From Eledone cirrhosa (taxonomy: Eukaryota): a stretch of DNA of 64,000 bases. Position 1 is the first letter of the stretch. Each line of letters begins with the position of its first letter. The stretch is taken from assembly GCA_964016885.1 (NCBI GenBank), contig OZ024752.1:18724001-18788000 (forward strand). The letters are read 5' to 3'. The translations under genes were made by a program, and so were the position numbers. Shown piece by piece: positions 1-10,892 of this stretch. The notes beneath the pieces were generated by a model, which worked only from the letters and a program-made list of their open reading frames with translations, did no database searches and had not been told where the DNA came from.

Positions 1-3000
1 ATAAAAAGTGGATAGCCCACACAGTAAAGTAGTCATGTAGGTGTTTTAATAAAAAGTGGACAGTCCACACTGTAAAGTGGTTGTGTAGGTGTTATAATAA
101 AAAGTGGATAGCCCACACAGTAAAGTAGTCATGTAGGTGTTATAATAAAAAGTGGACAGCCCACACAGTAAAGTAGTCATGTAGGTGTTATAATGAAAAG
201 TGGATAGCCCACACAGTAAAGTGGTCATGTAGGTGTTATAATAAAAAGTGGATAGCCCACACAGTAAAGTAGTCATGTAGGTGTTATAATAAAAAGTGGA
301 TAGCCCACACTGTAAAGTAGTCATGTAGGTGTTATAATAAAAAGTGGATAGCCCACACAGTAAAGTAGTCATGTAGGTGTTATAATAAAAAGTGGACAGC
401 CCACACAGTAAAGTAGTCATGTAGGTGTTATAATAAAAAGTGGACAGCCCACACAGTAAAGTAGTCATGTAGGTGTTATAATAAAAAGTGGATAGCCCAC
501 ACAGTAAAGTAGTCATGTAGGTGTTATAATAAAAAGTGGATTGCCCACACAGTAAAGTAGTCATGTAGGTGTTATAATAAAAAGTGGATAGCCCACACAG
601 TAAAGTAGTCATGTAGGTGTTATAATAAAAAGTGGATAGCCCACACAGTAAAGTAGTCATGTAGGTGTTATAATAAAAAGTGGACAGCCCACACAGTAAA
701 GTAGTCATGTAGGTGTTATAATAAAAAGTGGATAGCCCACACAGTAAAGTAGTCATGTAGGTGTTATAATAAAAAGTGGATAGCCCACACTGTAAAGTAG
801 TCATGTAGGTGTTATAATAAAAAGTGGATAGCCCACACAGTAAAGTAGTCATGTAGGTGTTATAATAAAAAGTGGATAGCCCACACAGTAAAGTAGTCAT
901 GTAGGTGTTATAATAAAAAGTGGACAGCCCACACAGTAAAGTAGTCATGTAGGTGTTATAATAAAAAGTGGACAGCCCACACAGTAAATAGTCATGTAGG
1001 TGTTATAATAAAAAGTGGATAGCCCACACAGTAAAGTAGTCATGTAGGTGTTATAATAAAAAGTGGATAGCCCACTAAAGTAGTCATGTAGGTGTTATAA
1101 TAAAAAGTGGATAGCCCACACTGTAAAGTAGTCATGTAGGTGTTATAATAAAAAGTGGACAGTCCACACTGTAAAGTAGTCATGTAGGTGTTATAATAAA
1201 AAGTGGACAGCCCATACTGTAAAGTGGTTATGTAGATGTTATAATAAAAAGTGGATAGCCCACACAGTAAAGTAGTCATGTAGGTGTTATAATAAAAAGT
1301 GGACAGCCCACACAGTAAAGTAGTCATGTAGGTGTTATAATAAAAAGTGGACAGCCCATACTGTAAAGTGGTTATGTAGGTGTTATAATAAAAAGTGGAT
1401 AGCCCACACTGTAAAGTGGTCATGTAGGTGTTATAATAAAAAGTGGACAGCCCACACAGTAAAGTAGTCATGTAGGTGTTATAATAAAAAGTGGACAGCC
1501 CATACTGTAAAGTGGTTATGTAGGTGTTATAATAAAAAGTGGACAGCCCACACAGTAAAGTGGTTGTGTAGGTGTTATAATAAAAAGTGGACAGCCCACA
1601 CAGTAAAGTAGTCATGTAGGTGTTATAATAAAAAGTGGACAGCCCACACAGTAAAGTAGTCATGTAGGTGTTATAATAAAAAGTGGATAGCCCACACAGT
1701 AAAGTAGTCATGTAGGTGTTATAATAAAAAGTGGACAGCCCATACTGTAAAGTGGTTATGTAGGTGTTATAATAAAAAGTGGACAGCCCACACTGTAAAG
1801 TGGTCATGTAGGTGTTATAATAAAAAGTGGACAGTCCACACTGTAAAGTGGTTATGTAGGTGTTATAATAAAAAGTGGACAGTCCACACTGTAAAGTAGT
1901 CGTGTAGGTGTTATAATAAAAAGTGGACAGCCCACACTGTAAAGTGGTCATGTAGGTGTTATAATAAAAAGTGGACAGCCCACACTGTAAAGTAGTCATG
2001 TAGGTGTTATAATAAAAAGTGGACAGTGCACACTGTAAAGTAGTCATGTAGGTGTTATAATAAAAAGTGGACAGCCCATACTGTAAAGTGGTTATGTAGG
2101 TGTTATAATAAAAAGTGGACAGTCCACACTGTAAAATAGTCATGTAGGTGTTATAATAAAAAGTGGACAGCCCACACAGTAAAGTGGTTGTGTAGGTGTT
2201 ATAATAAAAAGTGGACAGCCCACACTGTAAAGTGGTTGTGTAGGTGTTATAATAAAAAGTGGACAGCCCACACTGTAAAGTGGTTGTGTAGGTGTTATAA
2301 TAAAAAGTGGACAGTCCACACAGTAAAGTGGTCATGTAGGTGTTATAATAAAAAGTGGACAGCCCACATAGTAAAGTGGTTGTGTAGGTGTTATAATAAA
2401 AAGTGGACAGCCCACACAGTAAAGTAGTCATGTAGGTGTTATAATAAAAAAGTGGATAGCCCACACTGTAAAGTAGTCATGTAGGTGTTATAATAAAAAG
2501 TGGATAGCCCACACTGTAAAGTAGTCATGTAGGTGTTATAATAAAAAGTGGACAGCCCACACTGTAAAGTAGTCATGTAAGTGTTATAATAAAAGGTGGA
2601 CAGCCCACACTGTAAAGTAGTCATGTAGGTGTTATAATAAAAAGTGGACAGCCCACACTGTAAAGTAGTAATGTAGGTGTTATAATAAAAAGTGGACAGC
2701 CCACACTGTAAAGTGGTCATGTAGGTGTTATAATAAAAAGTGGACAGCCCACACTGTAAAGTGGTCATGTAGGTGTTATAATAAAAAGTGGACAGCCCAC
2801 ACTGTAAAGTAGTCATGTAGGCGTTATAATAAAAAGTGGACAGCCCACACAGTAAAGTAGTCATGTAGGTGTTATAATAAAAATTTGACAGCCCACACTG
2901 TAAAGTAGTCATGTAGGCGTTATAATAGAAAGTGGACAGCCCACACAGTAAAGTAGTCATGTAGGTGTTATAATAAAAAGTGGACAGCCCACACAGTAAA

Positions 3001-4796
3001 GTAGTCATGTAGGTGTTATAATAAAAAGTGGACAGCCCACACAGTAAAGTAGTCATGTAGGCGTTATAATAAAAAGTGGATAGCCCACACAGTAAAGTAG
3101 TCATGTAGGTGTTATAATAAAAAGTGGACAGTCCACACTGTAAAGTAGTCATGTAGGTGTTATAATAAAAAGTGGACAGCCCACACTGTAAAGTGGTTAT
3201 GTAGGTGTTATAATAAAAAGTGGACAGCCCACACTGTAAAGTGGTTGTGTAGGTGTTATAATAAAAAGTGGACAGCCCACACTATAAAGTGGTTGTGTAG
3301 GTGTTATAATAAAAAGTGGACAGCCCACACTGTAAAGTGGTTGTGTAGGTTTTATAATAAAAAGTAGACAGTCCACACTGTAAAGTGGTCATGTAGGTGT
3401 TATAATAAAAAGTGGACAGTCCACACTGTAAAATAGTCATGTAGGTGTTATAATAAAAAGTGGACAGCCCACACTGTAAAGTGGTTGTGTAGGTGTTATA
3501 ATAAAAAGTGGACATCCCACACTGTAAAGTGGTTATGTAGGTGTTATAATAAAAAGTGGACAGCCCACACTGTAAAGTGGTTGTGTAGGTGTTATAATAA
3601 AAAGTGGACAGCCCACACTGTAGAGTGGTTATGTAGGTGTTATAATAAAAAGTGGACAGCCCACACTGTAAAGTGGTTGTGTAGGTGTTATAATAAAAAG
3701 TGGACAGCCCACACTGTAAAGTGGTTGTGTAGGTGTTATAATAAAAAGTGGACAGCCCACACTGTAAAGTGGTTGTGTAGGTGTTATAATAAAAAGTGGA
3801 CAGCCCACACTGTAAAGTGGTTGTGTAGGTGTTATAATAAAAAGTGGACAGCCCACACTGTAAAGTGGTTGTGTAGGTGTTATAATAAAAAGTGGACAGC
3901 CCACACTGTAAAGTAGTCATGTAGGTGTTATAATAAAAAGTGGACAGCCCACACTGTAAAGTATTCATGTAGGTGTTATAATAAAAAGTGGACAGCCCAC
4001 ACTGTAAAGTAGTCATGTAGGTGTTATAATAAAAAGTGGACAGCCCACACTGTAAAGTAGTCATGTAGGTGTTATAATAAAAAGTGGATAGCCCACACTG
4101 TAAAGTAGTCATGTAGGTGTTATAATAAAAAGTGGACAGCCCACACAGTAAAGTAGTCATGTAGGTGTTATAATAAAAAGTGGATAGCCCACACTGTAAT
4201 GTGGTTGTGTAGGTGTTATAATAAAAAGTGGACAGCCCACAATGTAAAGTGGTCATGTAGGTGTTATAGTAAAAAGTGGACAGCCCACACTGTAAAGTGG
4301 TCATGTAGGTGTTATAATAAAAAGTGGACAGCCCACACAGTAAAGTAGTCATGTAGGTGTTATAATAAAAAGTGGACAGCCCACACAGTAAAGTAGTCAT
4401 GTAGGTGTTATAATAAAAAGTGGATAGCCCACACTGTAAAGTGGTCATGTAGGTGTTATAATAAAAAGTGGATAGCCCACACTGTAAAGTAGTCATGTAG
4501 GTGTTATAATAAAAAGTGGACAGCCCACATTGTAAAGTGGTTGTGTAGGTGTTATAATAAAATGTGGACAGCCCACACTGTAAAGTAGTCATGTAGGTGT
4601 TATAATAAAAAGTGGACAGCCCACACTGTAAAGTAGTCATGTAGGTGTTATAATAAAAAGTGGACAGCCCACATTGTAAAGTGGTTGTGTAGGTGTTATA
4701 ATAAAATGTGGACAGCCCACACTGTAAAGTAGTCATGTAGGTGTTATAATAAAAAGTGGACAGCCCACACTGTAAAGTAGTCATGTAGGTGTTATA

Positions 4797-6332
4797 ATAA
4801 AAAGTGGACAGCCCACACTGTAAAGTAGTCATGTAGGTGTTATAATAAAAAGTGGACAGCCCACACAGTAAAGTAGTCATGTAGGTGTTATAATAAAAAG
4901 TGGACAGCCCACACAGTAAAGTTGTCATGTAGGTGTTATAATATAAAGTGGACAGTCCACACTGTAAAGTGGTCATGTAGGTGTTATAATAAAAAGTGGA
5001 CAGCCCACACAGTAAAGTGGTTGTGTAGGTGTTATAATAAAAAGTGGACAGCCCACACAGTAAAGTAGTCATGTAGGTGTTATAATAAAAAGTGGACAGC
5101 CCACACTGTAAAGTGGTCATGTAGGTGTTATAATAAAAAGTGGACAGCCCACACAGTAAAGTGGTTGTGTAGGTGTTATAATAAAAAGTGGACAGCCCAC
5201 ACTGTAAAGTGGTCATGTAGGTGTTATAATAAAAATTGGACAGCCCACAGTGTAAAGTAGTCATGTAGGTGTTATAATAAAAAGTGGATAGCCCACACTG
5301 TAAAGTGGTCATGTAGGCGTTATAATAAAAAGTGGACAGCCCACACAGTAAAGTACTCATGTAGGTGTTATAATAAAAAGTGGACAGCCCACACAGTAAA
5401 GTAGTCATGTAGGTGTTATAATAAAAAGTGGACAGCCCACACAGTAAAGTAGTCATGTAGGCATTATAATAAAAAGTGGATAGCCCACACAGTAAAGTAG
5501 TCATGTAGGTGTTATAATAAAAAGTGGACAGTCCACACTGTAAAGTAGTCATGTAGGTGTTATAATAAAAAGTGGACAGCCCACACTGTAAAGTAGTCAT
5601 GTAGGTGTTATAATAAAAAGTGGACAGCCCACACAGTAAAGTAGTCATGTAGGTGTTATAATAAAAAGTGGACAGCCCACACAGTAAAGTTGTCATGTAG
5701 GTGTTATAATATAAAGTGGACAGTCCACACTGTAAAGTGGTCATGTAGGTGTTATAATAAAAAGTGGACAGCCCACACAGTAAAGTGGTTGTGTAGGTGT
5801 TATAATAAAAAGTGGACAGCCCACACAGTAAAGTAGTCATGTAGGTGTTATAATAAAAAGTGGACAGCCCACACTGTAAAGTGGTCATGTAGGTGTTATA
5901 ATAAAAAGTGGACAGCCCACACAGTAAAGTGGTTGTGTAGGTGTTATAATAAAAAGTGGACAGCCCACACTGTAAAGTGGTCATGTAGGTGTTATAATAA
6001 AAATTGGACAGCCCACAGTGTAAAGTAGTCATGTAGGTGTTATAATAAAAAGTGGATAGCCCACACTGTAAAGTGGTCATGTAGGCGTTATAATAAAAAG
6101 TGGACAGCCCACACAGTAAAGTACTCATGTAGGTGTTATAATAAAAAGTGGACAGCCCACACAGTAAAGTAGTCATGTAGGTGTTATAATAAAAAGTGGA
6201 CAGCCCACACAGTAAAGTAGTCATGTAGGCATTATAATAAAAAGTGGATAGCCCACACAGTAAAGTAGTCATGTAGGTGTTATAATAAAAAGTGGACAGT
6301 CCACACTGTAAAGTAGTCATGTAGGTGTTATA
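4797..6332. repeat. Tandem duplication of a 16-monomer (768-bp) block
   Basis: Rare variants recur at exactly +768: ATATAAAG (4944/5712), GTACTCAT (~5356/6124), GGCATT (~5463/6231), AAATTGG...CACAGTG (~5236/6004). Confidence 0.9.
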
Positions 6333-9300
6333 ATAAAAAGTGGACAGCCCACACAGTAAAGTAGTCATGTAGGTGTTATAATAAAAAGTGGATAGCCCAC
6401 ACAGTAAAGTAGTCATGTAGGTGTTATAATAAAAAGTGGATAGCCCACACAGTAAAGTAGTCATGTAGGTGTTATAATAAAAAGTGGATAGCCCACACTG
6501 TAAAGTAGTCATGTAGGTGTTATAATAAAAAGTGGATAACCCACACAGTAAAGTAGTCATGTAGGTGTTATAATAAAAAGTGGACAGCCCACACTGTAAA
6601 GTAGTCATGTAGGTGTTATAATAAAAAGTGGACAGCCCACATTGTAAAGTGGTTGTGTAGGTGTCATAATAAAATGTGGACAGCCCACACTGTAAAGTAG
6701 TCATGTAGGTGTTATAATAAAAAGTGGACAGCCCACACTGTAAAGTAGTCATGTAGGTGTTATAATAAAAAGTGGACAGCCCACACTGTAAAGTAGTCAT
6801 GTAGGTGTTATAATAAAAAGTGGACAGCCCACACAGTGAAGTGGTTGTGTAGGTGTTATAATAAAAAGTGGACAGCCCACACAGTAAAGTAGTCATGTAG
6901 GTGTTATAATAAAAAGTGGATAGCCCACACTGTAAAGTGGTCATGTAGGTGTTATAATAAAAAGTGGACAGTGCACACTGTAAAGTAGTCATGTAGGTGT
7001 TATAATAAAAAGTGGACAGCCCACACAGTAAAGTAGTCATGTAGGTGTTATAATAAAAAGTGGACAGCCCACACTGTAAAGTAGTCATGTAGGTGTTATA
7101 ATAAAAAGTGGATAGCCCACACTGTAAAGTGGTCATGTAGGTGTTATAATAAAAAGCCGACAGCCCACACTGTAAAGTGGTTGTGTAGGTGTTATAATAA
7201 AAAGTGGACAGCCCACACTGTAAAGTGGTCATGTAGGTGTTATAATAAAAAGTGTACAGTCCACACTGTAAAGTAGTCATGTAGGTGTTATAATAAAAAG
7301 TGGACAGCCCACACTGTAAAGTGGTTGTGTAGGTGTTATAATAAAAAGTGGACAGCCCACACTGTAAAGTGGTCATGTAGGTGTTATAATAAAAAGTGTA
7401 CAGTCCACACTGTAAAGTAGTCATGTAGGTGTTATAATAAAAAGTGGACAGCCCACACTGTAAAGTAGTCATGTAGGTGTTATAATAAAAAGTGGACAGC
7501 CCACACTGTAAAGTGGTTGTGTAGGTGTTATAATAAAAAGTGGACAGCCCACACTGTAAAGTGGTCATGTAGGTGTTATAATAAAAAGTGTACACTCCAC
7601 ACTGTAAAGTGGTCATGTAGGTGTTATAATAAAAAGTGGACAGCCCACACTGTTAAGTAGTCATGTAGGTGTTATAATAAAAAGTGGACAGTCCACACTG
7701 TAAAGTAGTCATGTAGGTGTTATAATAAAAAGTGGACAGCCCACACTGTAAAGTAGTCATGTAGGTGTTATAATAAAAAGTGGACAGTCCACACTGTAAA
7801 GTGGTTATGTAGGTGTTATAATAAAAAGTGGACAGTCCACACTGTAAAATAGTCATGTAGGTGTTATAATAAAAAGTGGATAGCCCATACTGTAAAGTGG
7901 TCATGTAGGTGTTATAATAAAAAGTGGACAGCCCACACTGTAAAGTGGTTGTGTAGGTGTTATAATAAAAAGTGGACAGACCACACTGTAAAGTGGTTGT
8001 GTAGGTGTTATAATAAAAAGTGGACAGCCCACATAGTAAAGTAGTCATGTAGGTGTTATAATAAAAAGTGGACAGCCCACACTGTAAAGTGGTTGTGTAG
8101 GTGTTATAATAAAAAGTGGACAGCCCACACTGTAAAGTGGTTGTGTAGGTGTTATAATAAAAAGTGGACAGCCCACACTGTAAAGTGCTTGTGTAGGTGT
8201 TATAATAAAAAGTGGACAGCCCACACTGTAAAGTGGTTGTGTAGGTGTTATAATAAAAAGTGGACAGACCACACTGTAAAGTGGTTGTGTAGGTGTTATA
8301 ATAAAAAGTGGACAGCCCACAGAGTAAAGTAGTCATGTAAGTGTTATAATAAAAAGTGGATAGCCCATACTGTAAAGTGGTCATGTAGGTATTATAATAA
8401 AAAGTGGACAGCCCACACTGTAAAGTGGTTGTGTAGGTGTTATAATAAAAAGTGGACAGTCCACACTGTAAAGTAGTCATGTAGGTGTTATAATAAAAAG
8501 TCGACAGCCCATACTGTAAAGTGGTCATGTAGGTGTTATAATAAAAAGTGGACAGCCCACACTGTAAAGTGGTTGTGTAGGTGTTATAATAAAAAGTGTA
8601 CAGTCCACACTGTAAAGTAGTCATGTAGGTGTTATAATAAAAAGTGGATAGCCCACACTGTAAAGTGGTTGTGTAGGTGTTATAATAAAAAGTGGACAGC
8701 CCACACTGTAAAGTGGTTGTGTAGGTGTTATAATAAAAAGTGGACAGCCCACACTGTAAAGTAGTCATGTAGGTGTTATAATAAAAAGTGGACAGCCCAC
8801 AGAGTAAAGTAGTCATGTAGGTGTTATAATAAAAAGTGGATAGCCCATACTGTAAAGTGGTCATGTAGGTGTTATAATAAAAAGTGGACAGCCCACACTG
8901 TAAAGTGGTTGTGTAGGTGTTATAATAAAAAGTGGACAGTCCACACTGTAAAGTAGTCATGTAGGTGTTATAATAAAAAGTCGACAGCCCACACTGTAAA
9001 GTAGTCATGTAGGTGTTATAATAAAAAGTGGACAGCCCACAGTGTAAAGTGGTCATGTAGGTGTTATAATAAAAAGTGGACAGCCCACACTGTAAAGTGT
9101 TTATGTAGGTTTTATAATAAAAAGTGGACAGTCCACACTGTAAAGTGGTCATGTAGGTGTTATAATAAAAAGTGGACAGCCCACACTGTAAAGTAGTCAT
9201 GTAGGTGTTATAATAAAAAGTGGACAGCCCACACAGTAAAGTAGTCATGTAGGTGTTATAATAAAAAGTGGACAGCCCACACTGTAAAGTGGTTGTGTAG

Positions 9301-10892
9301 GTGTTATAATAAAAAGTGGACAGCCCACACTGTAATGTGGTTGTGTAGGTGTTATAATAAAAAGTGGACAGTCCACACTGTAAAATAGTCATGTAGGTGT
9401 TATAATAAAAAGTGGACAGCCCACATTGTAAAGTGGTTGTGTAGGTGTTATAATAAAAAGTGGACAGCCCACACTGTAAAGTGGTTGTGTAGGTGTTATA
9501 ATAAAAAGTGGACAGCCCACACAGTAAAGTAGTCATGTAGGTGTTATAATAAAAAGTGGACAGTCCACACAGTAAAGTAGTCATGTAGGTGTTATAATAA
9601 AAAGTGGATAGCCCACACCGTAAAGTGGTCCTGTAGGTGTTATAATAAAAAGTTGACAGTCCACACTGTAAAGTAGTCATGTAGGTGTTATAATAAAAAG
9701 TGGACAGCCCACACTGTAAAGTGGTTATGTAGGTGTTATAATAAAAAGTGGACAGTCCACACTGTAAAATAGTCATGTAGGTGTTATAATAAAAAGTGGA
9801 CAGCCCACACAGTAAAGTAGTCATGTAGGTGTTATAATAAAAAGTGGACAGCCCACACTGTAAAGTGGTCATGTAGGTGTTATAATAAAAAGTGTACAGT
9901 CCACACTGTAAAGTGGTCATGTAGGTGTTATAATAAAAAGTGGACAGCCCACACAGTAAAGTGGTTGTGTAGGTGTTATAATAAAAAGTGGACAGCCCAC
10001 ACAGTAAAGTAGTCATGTAGGTGTTATAATAAAAAGTGGACAGCCCACACAGTAAAGTAGTCATGTAGGTGTTATAATAAAAAGTGGATAGCCCACACAG
10101 TAAAGTAGTCATGTAGGTGTTATAATAAAAAGTGGACAGCCCACACAGTAAAGTAGTCATGTAGGTGTTATAATAAAAAGTGGACAGCCCATACTGTAAA
10201 GTGGTTATGTAGGTGTTATAATAAAAAGTGGACAGTCCACACTGTAAAGTGGTCATGTAGGTGTTATAATAAAAAGTGGACAGCCCACACAGTAAAGTAG
10301 TCATGTAGGTGTTATAATAAAAAGTGGACAGCCCACACAGTAAAGTAGTCATGTAGGTGTTATAATAAAAAGTGGACAGCCCACACAGTAAAGTAGTCAT
10401 GTAGGTGTTATAATAAAAAGTGGACAGCCCACACAGTAAAGTAGTCATGTAGGTGTTATAATAAAAAGTGGATAGCCCACACAGTAAAGTAGTCATGTAG
10501 GTGTTATAATAAAAAGTGGACAGCCCACACAGTAAAGTAGTCATGTAGGTGTTATAATAAAAAGTGGATAGCCCACACAGTAAAGTAGTCATGTAGGTGT
10601 TATAATAAAAAGTGGATAGCCCACACAGTAAAGTAGTCATGTAGGTGTTATAATAAAAAGTGGATAGCCCACATAGTAAAGTTGTCATGTAGGTGTTATA
10701 ATAAAAAGTGGACAGCCCACACTGTAAAGTGGTCATGTAGGTGTTATAATAAAAAGTGGATAGCCCACACTGTAAAGTAGTCATGTAGGTGTTATAATAA
10801 AAAGTGGATAGCCCACACAGTAAAGTAGTTATGTAGGTGTTATAATAAAAAGTGGACAGCCCACACAGTAAAGTAGTCATGTAGGTGTTATA

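Noticed and set aside
90-98. Perfect bacterial extended -10 element TGTTATAAT in almost every monomer
   Set aside because: The corresponding -35 is poor (CTGTAA/CAGTAA), no downstream gene exists, and a 64-kb satellite is not a prokaryote-like context. It could only matter for instability or transcription when cloned in E. coli.
96-101. AATAAA polyadenylation signal and TATA-like sequence at each monomer junction
   Set aside because: These are short AT-rich matches with no transcript or gene context, so function cannot be supported from sequence alone.
217-227. Nuclear-receptor/RORE-like motif TAAAGT(G/A)GTCA
   Set aside because: It lacks the required RGGTCA half-site (one G short), so the similarity is only partial.
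2444-2492. 49-bp monomer with an extra A in the A-tract
   Set aside because: It is a singleton homopolymer indel that may be a sequencing or consensus error.
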